From positions 1-57,459 of the forward strand of contig DATJNL010000021.1 in assembly GCA_035508175.1 (NCBI GenBank): a stretch of 57,459 nucleotides of DNA, given 5' to 3'. This DNA comes from Myxococcales bacterium (GTDB lineage Bacteria; Myxococcota; Myxococcia; Myxococcales; JAKAPL01). Position numbers and translations under genes: made by a program. Below the pieces are notes generated by a model. It did no database searches. It was not told where the DNA came from and was given only the letters and a program-made list of their open reading frames with translations. The stretch's first letter is position 1. Every line of letters starts with the position of its first letter. Shown here piece by piece: positions 16,602-25,608 of this stretch.

Positions 16602-17678
16602 GTGAGAACGGCGGCCGTGGCCCTCTCGATCCTCTGCTTCGCCGGAACCGCCTTCGCCACCGCCGAGAAGGGCGACACCACCAAGGGTGAGCACGGCGAC
16701 ACGTCGGCGCCCTCGGACAAGTCCAGCGGTCCGTCGTCGAGCTCCGAGCAGGCCGGCGAGAGCGTGGACCGGAGCTTTGGCACCGGCGGTCCGCTCGCGC
16801 TCAAGCGCTTCAAGTTCGAGCTCGGCTGGGAAAACCATGCGTTCCTCGCGAGCAACAACTTCGAGGGCGACGGCTCGGTGGGCACCGGTGGCGCCGAGGT
16901 CGAGTTCAACTACTTCTACGCCGGCGCCACCTACTACATCACGCCGAGCGACAAGCTCGCCGTCGTCCTGGGCATGTACCTGTTCCACCTCTACAACCCC
17001 GGCGGTCCGGACGGCTTCAGCCCGGACGACGGGTTGCTGCGCTACACGCACCACTTCGCGCTGCCCTGGAAGCTCAACCTCGACGCCTCGGCGTCGGTGA
17101 GCGCACCGTTCTCGAACCTGAGCTACAAGATGGGCCTCATCACCGAGCCGCAGCTTCGCGTCTCGCTGAGCCGCACCTTCGCGAAATACGTCTACGTCGA
17201 CCTGCGCGTCTTCGGAGACTACTACTGGCAGCAGTACAGCAGCATGATCGGCGGCTCCACGCCGAACCCGTACGCGCGTGCCGGCGCTCGCCTCAACGTC
17301 GAGGGCCAGCTGCCCTACCACCCGGCCCTCGCGCTCGGCGTCGACGTCGAGACGGGCTACACCGCCTTCTACAACCCCACCGGCCAGCCGCTGGGGCAGC
17401 CCGGCGAGCCCAACGCCACCACGCCGGGCCCGTACTACGGCATCGAGACGAACCCCATCTACTCGGGGCAGCCCCTGCAGCAAGACTACGGCTACGACGT
17501 GTACTTGAAGTACGACTTCCCGAAGCTGGCCGGCGTCAAGGCCGAGGCGCTGGTGGCCTACGCCCAAGGCGATCCCACCGCCGGCTACACCACCGACCTC
17601 ATCGATGGCGCCTCGAACCTGTACCTGTATTACCCCGAGGCGTCGCAGGTCTACTTCTCGCTGGACCTCACCTACTGA
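16602..17678 (+). CDS. Outer-membrane beta-barrel protein (porin-like), family unknown
   Basis: The GTG at 16602 lies 8 nt after GGAGG. The signal peptide reads VRTAAVALSILCFAGTAFA/TA. The sequence has alternating-hydrophobic strands rich in Y/G and a C-terminal ...YFSLDLTY aromatic end. The alternative ATG at 16557 is less likely. Confidence 0.75.
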   Translation: MRTAAVALSILCFAGTAFATAEKGDTTKGEHGDTSAPSDKSSGPSSSSEQAGESVDRSFGTGGPLALKRFKFELGWENHAFLASNNFEGDGSVGTGGAEVEFNYFYAGATYYITPSDKLAVVLGMYLFHLYNPGGPDGFSPDDGLLRYTHHFALPWKLNLDASASVSAPFSNLSYKMGLITEPQLRVSLSRTFAKYVYVDLRVFGDYYWQQYSSMIGGSTPNPYARAGARLNVEGQLPYHPALALGVDVETGYTAFYNPTGQPLGQPGEPNATTPGPYYGIETNPIYSGQPLQQDYGYDVYLKYDFPKLAGVKAEALVAYAQGDPTAGYTTDLIDGASNLYLYYPEASQVYFSLDLTY

Positions 17679-17704
17679 AGCAAGCAACGGAACAAGGAGC
17701 GATC

Positions 17705-20700
17705 ATGCGCCGGTTCACTCTCGCGGTCTCCACCTCGCTGGTCACGCTGGCCTTCGGCTTCGCCGGCTGCAACGACGGCCCGAACCAGACCTACTCGCCG
17801 CCCGCGCCGAACGCGACGTGGAACGACGGCCGCGCGGCGCCCGGAGACGGCGGCCTGCCCACGGTGCCCGGCGGCACTGCCACCAGTGCCACGGCGCCCT
17901 TCGCGGCAGACGGCGGCGGCGCCCTCGGCTCGGGCGGACAGAACTCGAACGAGATCTGCACGCCGGCGGAGATCGCGGTGCAGAACGGGGTGCTGAACAA
18001 CGAACCGATCCTCGCTCCGAACCAGGTGGCCGGCCTCAACATCGCCGGGGCCGACGGCCAGGGCGGCACCACGTGGCAAGGGCTCACCATCGAGCAGGCC
18101 GAGTCTCGGCCGAACCTCGGGACCGCCATCACCAGCGGCCCGGGCATCACCAGCGCCGATCCGTTCATTCCCAACGCGGGCGGCAACTGCCAGGGCACGC
18201 CGGAGTCCGACCTGTTCGGCCAGGCCAACTACCTCAGCGTCTACTGGAACGGCGGCTCGGTCACGGCGGAATACTACGTGCCCACGCACAAGATCGACTA
18301 CCTGGGCATCGGCCCCGGCCTCGGTGGTCAGTACCAGGGCACTTTGACCATGACGAGCCTCGACGGCAGCACGACCTACACGGTCGCCGTGGACGGTGTC
18401 ACCCCGATCTACGTCCTCGACAACACCACCGGGACGAATACGGCCGTGCCGAATCTCGACTGGCTCGGGGCCAGCCAGGGCGTGCCGGCCTCCATGGCGA
18501 TCTTCGACAGCATGTACCGCGCTGCGATGGCCACCTTCTTCCCGGGCTATCCCACCGAGCCCGCGGGCCAGACCTGCAACCAGACCGGCGCCTGCATCAT
18601 CGGCACGTTCCCCTCGGGCAACTACGCCTACTTCGCCATCCAGCCCCTGGGCATCGCTCTGTGGGTGAACCCGTACACGTTCGGGACGATCACCTCGAAC
18701 GCCATCAACCGCATCGACGTGAACTTCGCGCAGATCATGAACTTCTCGTCGGCGAACCCGGTCCTCAAGCTGGACAACGTCGGCCCCACGACCATCCCGT
18801 TCTCGACGCCCAGCGGCCAGACATGCGCGCTGTCGCTGGGCATGAGCTATGGCGACTTCCTCAACGATTGTGTCGCCACTTCGACCGACGCCTCCGCCAA
18901 CACCACCGAGCAGCTCGAGCTCTTCAGCAACCTGTCGCACGACGAGGAGACGATTCAGTTCAATATCGTCGGCGTCGACATGAGCTTCTCCGCGATCGAC
19001 CGGCTCGGCTACGCGACACCCGCGAACCCGCCACAGGTCCTGGTCGACGCGCCGCTCTCGGGTTGCGCCACCGCGGCCAACGAAGGGGCGGCGGGCTGTC
19101 CACAGCCGGCGGACCAGTCGTTCGAGATGAACGTCGACCAGTACACCCTCGGCCTCCTCGCGAACGACTGGTCCTACAGCACCGACGCGAACGGTAATGT
19201 CGTCGCGCAGTACCAGACCCTGGCTGGCGCGGGCGCCCTGTACGACGACTACCGGACCCTCTCCATCGGTGCCATCGAGAGCGAGGTCTGCAGCAACAGC
19301 CCGACCAACCCGAACTGCGCGGTCTGGATCCCGGCTGATCCCGACGGCGGCACGCCGGCGCCGCCGACCCTGGCGCAGCAGATCCAGAGCTGCATCGCGC
19401 CCCGCGATTCCTCGGGGAACCTCGAGACGACCTCCTGGTTCAACGCCAACGTCGGCGCGGCCTACGTGGCCGGGATTCCGGGCGTGCTGCCAGTCGGGTG
19501 CACCGGCATGGAGCAGCTCCTCAGCGCCGACATCACGCCGAAGAGCGACGGCACCCCGAACTACGACGACCCGGTCGACATCGGCCCCATCGTCAGCCAG
19601 ATCGACCCGAACTACACGCTGGGCATGAAGATGGGCCACCAGACCGGCGCGTGGTGCATCGACGCCATGTCCCTCAACCAGATCGGCGCCCAGAGCGTCG
19701 TGACGCTGGGCGACGGGACCACCCAGCCGATGACCGGCAAGGAGGTCGTCGACCTCGCGGAGCAGGGGCCGGCGGGTGTGCAGGCCGACTTCAACGATCC
19801 CGCGGCGACGGTGACGACGCTCACGCTGCCGCAGTTCTGCGTGGAGAACAACATCCTGCCGCAGTCCGAGCTCCAGGTCATCGCCGCGGTCGCGGGCGGC
19901 AACCAGGCGCTCCTCCCCCTCGACATGCAGGGCGGCGCGGGCGGGACGCCCTCGGCGCGCTTCTTCTTCAAGCAGTACGGCTACGCGACCATCCAGACGC
20001 TGGAAGCGTCGACCGGTGTGGGGTCCTTCGGTCCCAACGGCTCGATCTCGATGCCGGTCTCGGAGTGGGGCCCGCCCACGGTCGGATCGCCGATGCCGAT
20101 CCAGCTCAACGACCTCTTCTTCGACTCGCTCGGGGACGGCCAGTTCGAGACCTTCGAGTACGTCGATCGCCGCTTCGTCTGCCCCGACGGCGCGAACGAC
20201 TGCGCCCCAGCGCCGCTGCCGCAGGGCGCCCCGACGCCGCCGGCGTTCACCTGCCCGGCCGGCACCTGCGACATGTCGGTCGCGAGCAACCACTGCCCGG
20301 CGCCTGTGGCGAACGGAATCGTGCCCCAGGTCCCGCTCTGCAATCCCAATGAGACTGCACAGCCGCCCACCGACGTGACCTTCACCGCCGACGTCAAGGA
20401 CGGCATCATGGATGCCTACGACGTCAACAGATACCTGTACCGCGGTGAGACCGCGCTCTACACCTCGATCCAGCCACAGGGCTTCGCCGTCGCGCAGGCC
20501 AGCAACGCCCTCTTCACCAACGTCTGGGGCAGCGCGCTGCTCAACTCGTTCGGCCCGGGGGCCGCAGGAATCGATGGTCTGCCCGATCTGACCGGGGCGA
20601 TCATCCATGCCTCGGACTACGCCGGCGCCATCGCCTATGCCTCGACCGGCGTCGGGACGCCGCTCACCCTCTCCTACACGCAAGCGCCCACTTCGGCTCT

Positions 20701-21268
20701 CACGGTCGATGGCACCTACGCCGGCCCCCAGCAGATCTTGCTGAATTACGAGGTGCCGGACGGCGGCTTCCCCGGCGTCGGTGGCGCGACGCCCTGGACC
20801 GAGATGGTCGACTGGACCCCGAACCAGCCGCTGAACGGGTTCGACGTCGCCGACTACGGCAACAGCATGCTGGACTACTTCGTCCAGACCGCCTCTGCCG
20901 ACTTCACCGGCATCACCGTGACCGGTCTGCTCGACTACAACATCGTCAACGGCGGCATGGAGGAGATGGCCGCCGAGAGCACCGACTTCCTCGGCGACGT
21001 CTTCATGTGCTACGAGCCCGCGGCCAACCCGCCGATCCTCGCGGTGCGCATGTACACCCCCACCCAGGCCGTCTTGAACTGGTTGAACTCCGTGCCCCAG
21101 GCGTACGCCGACTGCGGCATCGTGGTCCGCTGGAGTCCCTACGACACCTTCGTCAACCTGATCGACTCCACCCTGTACGGCGTACGGCTCCAGGTGACGC
21201 AGGGCGGCGGCCTCGGCCGCATCGTCGGCGCCCAGGTGTACGTGCCGAACCTTCCGTTCGAGGAGTGA
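17705..21268 (+). CDS. Large (1187-aa) lipoprotein with no recognisable domain
   Basis: An AAGGAG RBS precedes it and the lipobox is GFAGC. The sequence is N/T/Q/G/Y-rich and Arg/Lys-poor, with paired Cys residues, a composition typical of surface or extracellular proteins. Confidence 0.85.
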   Translation: MRRFTLAVSTSLVTLAFGFAGCNDGPNQTYSPPAPNATWNDGRAAPGDGGLPTVPGGTATSATAPFAADGGGALGSGGQNSNEICTPAEIAVQNGVLNNEPILAPNQVAGLNIAGADGQGGTTWQGLTIEQAESRPNLGTAITSGPGITSADPFIPNAGGNCQGTPESDLFGQANYLSVYWNGGSVTAEYYVPTHKIDYLGIGPGLGGQYQGTLTMTSLDGSTTYTVAVDGVTPIYVLDNTTGTNTAVPNLDWLGASQGVPASMAIFDSMYRAAMATFFPGYPTEPAGQTCNQTGACIIGTFPSGNYAYFAIQPLGIALWVNPYTFGTITSNAINRIDVNFAQIMNFSSANPVLKLDNVGPTTIPFSTPSGQTCALSLGMSYGDFLNDCVATSTDASANTTEQLELFSNLSHDEETIQFNIVGVDMSFSAIDRLGYATPANPPQVLVDAPLSGCATAANEGAAGCPQPADQSFEMNVDQYTLGLLANDWSYSTDANGNVVAQYQTLAGAGALYDDYRTLSIGAIESEVCSNSPTNPNCAVWIPADPDGGTPAPPTLAQQIQSCIAPRDSSGNLETTSWFNANVGAAYVAGIPGVLPVGCTGMEQLLSADITPKSDGTPNYDDPVDIGPIVSQIDPNYTLGMKMGHQTGAWCIDAMSLNQIGAQSVVTLGDGTTQPMTGKEVVDLAEQGPAGVQADFNDPAATVTTLTLPQFCVENNILPQSELQVIAAVAGGNQALLPLDMQGGAGGTPSARFFFKQYGYATIQTLEASTGVGSFGPNGSISMPVSEWGPPTVGSPMPIQLNDLFFDSLGDGQFETFEYVDRRFVCPDGANDCAPAPLPQGAPTPPAFTCPAGTCDMSVASNHCPAPVANGIVPQVPLCNPNETAQPPTDVTFTADVKDGIMDAYDVNRYLYRGETALYTSIQPQGFAVAQASNALFTNVWGSALLNSFGPGAAGIDGLPDLTGAIIHASDYAGAIAYASTGVGTPLTLSYTQAPTSALTVDGTYAGPQQILLNYEVPDGGFPGVGGATPWTEMVDWTPNQPLNGFDVADYGNSMLDYFVQTASADFTGITVTGLLDYNIVNGGMEEMAAESTDFLGDVFMCYEPAANPPILAVRMYTPTQAVLNWLNSVPQAYADCGIVVRWSPYDTFVNLIDSTLYGVRLQVTQGGGLGRIVGAQVYVPNLPFEE

Positions 21269-21271
21269 GCC

Positions 21272-24200
21272 ATGAACTGCACACATTTCGAGACCCGCGA
21301 CATGAACCGCATTTCGAGAGAGGACGGCACCATGGCTCACCGCATCCTGCGCCTCGTGGCCTTCGCGGCCGCGTTCCTGGCCACAGGGAGCTGCGTACAG
21401 ACGCGCCCGTCGCGTAACGCGGTCCTGAACGAGAACCAGTACGTCCGAAAGGACTTCCTGGTCGGCGCCGCGAACTCCACCACGCCCGACCCGGGCTGGT
21501 GGCTCAAGGGCACCATCGTCCAGACGTCCACGCCGAACCCGCTCGGCAGCTCCACCTTCGGGCTGTCGCCGGGCATCGACTCGGGCGCCATCCCGATCCG
21601 CTTCGTGATCACCGAGGACAAGCTGCAGATGGTGTCCACGCGCGAGGAATCGGCGACCGACCCGCAGTCGCCCGAGGTCACCCCGGCCGTGGTCAATGCC
21701 TGGCCCATCCAGAACGTCGACCTCATGTACTACGTCAACTTGGACGGCGAGCTGACGAACCAGTACGTCGTCAACCAGGAGGCCCCCTGGCAGCAGCGCG
21801 AGTGGGTCCAGGTCAACTTCGACAAGAACGACATGGCCGACCTGGCTCCGCTGGGCGAGGCCACCTGGAACCTGCTGAGCAACTGCGTCGACCAGGCCAA
21901 CGTCTCCACGACCCTCGTGCCGAACTCGTTCATCGTGGACGAGGCGAACAACTACATGCAGTGGACGGTGAGCGTCACCCTGCCGCTGATCTGGGATGAC
22001 CCGAACTGCACCTTCGCCTACGGCGACCTCGGCCAGGAGGCCGCCGCGCTCGGCAAGGAGAGCGTCACCTTCAACCTCATGTACTCGCTCGAGCGCATGA
22101 AGCCGCTGAACCAGGTCACGTACAAGCCGCTGACCATCGCCGAGAAGGACCCCATCCAGCACAAGTACGGCTTCCTGCAGAACATCACCCAGAACCTGGA
22201 CCCGAACACGGGCATGCTCGCTGGCCAGGAGCAGGTGATCCGCTTCGATCCCACGAAGCCCATCGTGTGGTACTTCTCGCAGGGCTTCGACGAGGCCTAC
22301 AAGCACTTCTTCACCGACCCGAACACCGGCATCGTGGATCGCACCAACGCGGTTCTCGAGGCCGCCGGGTCCGCCAAGAACTGCGGCACGGCGCAGGCGA
22401 GCGGCAACTGCGTCGAGGTTCACGACTACGACTACAGCTGCACCGGCTCGAACTGCTCCCCCGGCACCGTGCTCGCACAGGGCCAGGGACCGCGGCAGTA
22501 CGGCGACATCCGCTACAACTTCCTCACCTGGATGTCCGACCAGTTCTCGCAGGAGACCTTCGCCGGCGTCACGATCCCGGTGGTCGATTACCGCACCGGC
22601 GAGTCGATGGCGGCCAACATCGCCTTCAACACGTTCGCATTCCAGGACTTCTACCTGCAGCGCGTGAACGACTACCTGCTCAGCATCGGGGCCTACGGCA
22701 CCGATAACGGCCAGGCCTACAACCTGAACACGCCCGGCGAGTGGCCCACGGAGCCCACCTTTGCGGAGCCTCTCGGCGTGACCGACCCGACGACGGACCC
22801 GAACCTCGTCAACTGCACGGTCGCGGCGGCGCAGAACTCGTGCCCCATCACCGTGACGTACACCGATGCCACGACCAACCAGCCGACCAGCGAGACCCTG
22901 AACTGCTACCAGGGATCGACGCTGCCGATCGAATCTGTCGTCGACGCGGCGGTCCACAACGGCACTTCGACCGTGTTCGGCAAGATGCAGGACTACCTGG
23001 GGGAACCCAGCTCGATCTACGGCAACCTCGGGCCGGCGAATTTCATTGCCCCCACGAGTCAGACCAACGATCCGGACTTCTTCAACGCCTATTACACCTT
23101 GCTGCCCTACATCGTTTACACGGACCCGACGATGAACCCGTACGTGGTTCCGGAAGGCGGCAACGGAACCTTCGGGCCGCCCACCACCACGGACGCCTGG
23201 ACCGATCTGCAGAACGAGGTGGCGTTCCAGAACTGGGCCGCCCAGCTCAACGCCGGACAGGACCAGGGGCTCACCGGCGCCAACATGCCCAACGGCTGGC
23301 CTTACAACTACACGGGCGCTCAGGGTGGCGTGGTCGCCGCAGCGGCGGGCGCCAGCACGTTCCGCAACCTCGACCAGATGCACCACGACTACCAGTACCA
23401 CCTGATGCAGCGGAACATGGCGCACGGCATGCACCTCGACGGGCTCGACAGCCTGTCATTCGAGAGCCAGGCCGACCAGGTCGCCCGGAGCTGCGGCGTC
23501 GACACCGCGGGCGCGTGGCAGACCAAGGAGCAGTGGGTCAGCGATCTGACCTCCGCCTACTGGAACCAGGTCTTCATCCACGAGTTCGGCCACAGCCTCG
23601 GCCTGCAGCACAACTTCATGGGCTCGCTGGACGCGCCGCACTACGAGGCGTTCCCGGTGGGCGTCGACTCGAGCGGCAACCCCGCGACCCAGGCCGAGTG
23701 CGATCAGAACCCGATCCAGCAGGGCTGCGTGCCGGTCACCCACACCAGCTCGGTGATGGAGTACAACGCTTACACGGATCGCCTCGAGTTCCACACACCG
23801 GACTGGGGCGAGTACGACAAGGGCGCGATCGCCTGGATCTACGCGAACAACTCGGCCGACGGCACGCCCCCGAATGGGACGGCCTGCCAGAGCGCGGGCT
23901 GCAGCATCAGCGGCCAGAACAGCGCCACCTCGCCCTGGAACGACCCGATGGGCTTCGACTCGAGCGGCAATGAGATGAAGTTCCTCTTCTGCGACGAGTA
24001 CCACGAGAAATACACGCCGCTCTGCAAGCCCGACGACATGGGCCGGACGCCGAGCGAGATCACCGCCAACGCACTCGACACCTACGAGTGGCAGTACCAG
24101 TGGCGCAACCTGCGCAACTACCACAAGTACTGGGACGACTCGACCTACGCGAACACGCCCGATGCGCTCTTCTCGAGCCTGCAGAAGTTCGTCTCCATGT

Positions 24201-25183
24201 GGGCCTTCGACTGGAGCAACACCGAGATCGCGGTGGAACTGAGGCGCATCGGCATCACCAACCCCTGCGAGGGCGACGTCCAGCCGTCGGCCCAGTGCCC
24301 GATCGGCGGCCAGAGCGACCAGGATTACTACAACCAGCTCTCGAACAAGTTCGAGTCCGAAGTCTCGGCCTCGAGTCAGATGGCCGCGGCCTACCACATC
24401 GCCATGATCAACCAGGCATACTCGGAGCGGCCCGCTGCCACCACCTACGACCCCTACTACGGCGACGTCGAGCAACAGGGCATCATCCTCGACAAGTACT
24501 TCGCCATGCAGGACTTCGCGGGTCTCTGGCCGGTGACGAACTACGATCCGACGCAGTCGGCCGGTGCGTACCTCACCTGGTACGGCGGCGTCGGTGACAC
24601 GGCCTTCAACAACCTGGCCGAATGGGGCGTCACCACCATGCTCGGTGGCGTGATCAACGTGTTCCCGTACTTCCAGCCCACCACGGTGGCGCTGTTCGCG
24701 CAGGACACGCACGATCCGGCCTTCGATCCCGTCAGTCCCTTCGAGCGCGATTGGATCGGCGGGCACCAGTTCAGCCGCCTCGAGGACTTCCTGGCGTACT
24801 TCCAGGAGATCGCGGTCGACAACCAGTACACCGGCATGACCGGGTGCGTGGACCAGACGGCCGATGCGACACAGGGTCAAGCCGTGGCGTGCAATTGCAT
24901 CACCGCCGATACCTGCACGTACGACCCCCGCAACATCCCCGATCCGCAGAACGCGAACGAGTTCGTGGGCCCCGACGGCAAGCGCTACATCTGGGCGAAA
25001 ATCCAGGACAGGCAACAGTGGGTCGTCGCGGAACAAGACCGCAACATCGTGACCAACACGCTGCTCTACGAGTTCAACCTGGACGTGGTGGCCGGTCAGG
25101 ACGACGGCAACTTCCCGGGCGGCGCGTACGAGTACGAGCTCCCGATCAAGTTCACCGCCGATTCGTTCACCTACTTCAACTAG
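21272..25183 (+). CDS. Large (1303-aa) zinc metalloprotease lipoprotein (metzincin, DUF4953/Met-zincin-like)
   Basis: A GAGGAG RBS lies 6 nt upstream (alternative start at ATG 21332). The lipobox is LATGSC. HEFGHSLGLQHN at 23579-23614 fits HExxHxxGxxH, followed by SSVMEYN as a Met-turn candidate. Confidence 0.85.
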   Translation: MNCTHFETRDMNRISREDGTMAHRILRLVAFAAAFLATGSCVQTRPSRNAVLNENQYVRKDFLVGAANSTTPDPGWWLKGTIVQTSTPNPLGSSTFGLSPGIDSGAIPIRFVITEDKLQMVSTREESATDPQSPEVTPAVVNAWPIQNVDLMYYVNLDGELTNQYVVNQEAPWQQREWVQVNFDKNDMADLAPLGEATWNLLSNCVDQANVSTTLVPNSFIVDEANNYMQWTVSVTLPLIWDDPNCTFAYGDLGQEAAALGKESVTFNLMYSLERMKPLNQVTYKPLTIAEKDPIQHKYGFLQNITQNLDPNTGMLAGQEQVIRFDPTKPIVWYFSQGFDEAYKHFFTDPNTGIVDRTNAVLEAAGSAKNCGTAQASGNCVEVHDYDYSCTGSNCSPGTVLAQGQGPRQYGDIRYNFLTWMSDQFSQETFAGVTIPVVDYRTGESMAANIAFNTFAFQDFYLQRVNDYLLSIGAYGTDNGQAYNLNTPGEWPTEPTFAEPLGVTDPTTDPNLVNCTVAAAQNSCPITVTYTDATTNQPTSETLNCYQGSTLPIESVVDAAVHNGTSTVFGKMQDYLGEPSSIYGNLGPANFIAPTSQTNDPDFFNAYYTLLPYIVYTDPTMNPYVVPEGGNGTFGPPTTTDAWTDLQNEVAFQNWAAQLNAGQDQGLTGANMPNGWPYNYTGAQGGVVAAAAGASTFRNLDQMHHDYQYHLMQRNMAHGMHLDGLDSLSFESQADQVARSCGVDTAGAWQTKEQWVSDLTSAYWNQVFIHEFGHSLGLQHNFMGSLDAPHYEAFPVGVDSSGNPATQAECDQNPIQQGCVPVTHTSSVMEYNAYTDRLEFHTPDWGEYDKGAIAWIYANNSADGTPPNGTACQSAGCSISGQNSATSPWNDPMGFDSSGNEMKFLFCDEYHEKYTPLCKPDDMGRTPSEITANALDTYEWQYQWRNLRNYHKYWDDSTYANTPDALFSSLQKFVSMWAFDWSNTEIAVELRRIGITNPCEGDVQPSAQCPIGGQSDQDYYNQLSNKFESEVSASSQMAAAYHIAMINQAYSERPAATTYDPYYGDVEQQGIILDKYFAMQDFAGLWPVTNYDPTQSAGAYLTWYGGVGDTAFNNLAEWGVTTMLGGVINVFPYFQPTTVALFAQDTHDPAFDPVSPFERDWIGGHQFSRLEDFLAYFQEIAVDNQYTGMTGCVDQTADATQGQAVACNCITADTCTYDPRNIPDPQNANEFVGPDGKRYIWAKIQDRQQWVVAEQDRNIVTNTLLYEFNLDVVAGQDDGNFPGGAYEYELPIKFTADSFTYFN

Positions 25184-25201
25184 GACCGAGGAGACTAAAA
25201 G

Positions 25202-25429
25202 ATGGCCAAGATCTGCCTGCTCCTCGGAGCCCTGGGAACGCTGGCGCTCGGCGTGGCCTGCGGCCCCAACAACACGAACTGCCTCGAGCAGTCGTGCGTA
25301 CCGTCGGGCCCCTGCAACTGTGTCGCGCTCGCCGCGTGCACCACGGCCAACCAGGTCACCGAGACCTGCGGCGTGGGCATGGTCTGCTGTCCGCCGCTCG
25401 CGGACGGCGGCAACGGCGTCGGCGGCTGA
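25202..25429 (+). CDS. 75-aa Cys-rich mini-lipoprotein
   Basis: It has a GAGGAG RBS and the lipobox LGVAC. The mature peptide of about 55 aa has 9 further Cys (CLEQSC, CNC, CTT, CGVGMVCC). Confidence 0.7.
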   Translation: MAKICLLLGALGTLALGVACGPNNTNCLEQSCVPSGPCNCVALAACTTANQVTETCGVGMVCCPPLADGGNGVGG

Positions 25430-25444
25430 GAGGGCCGGAATGAA

Positions 25445-25592
25445 GGCCTCCCTCTCCCCTTCAGGGGAGAGGGCAGTGGTGAGGGCCCATCACCAGGCCT
25501 CCCTCTCCCCTTCAGGGGAGAGGGGTACTCCCTTCGCGCCCCTCACCAGGTCTCCCTCTCCCCTTCAGGGGAGAGGGCAGGGGTGAGGGGTA
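25445..25592. repeat. Three REP-like palindromic elements (perfect 10-bp stems) between convergent genes; likely a bidirectional terminator or mRNA stabiliser
   Basis: CCCTCTCCCC-TTCA-GGGGAGAGGG occurs at 25450-25473, 25501-25524 and 25554-25577. The third copy is nested in a longer palindrome, CCCCTCACC...GGTGAGGGG. Confidence 0.8.
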
Positions 25593-25608
25593 CTCTCTCC
25601 GCGCCCTT

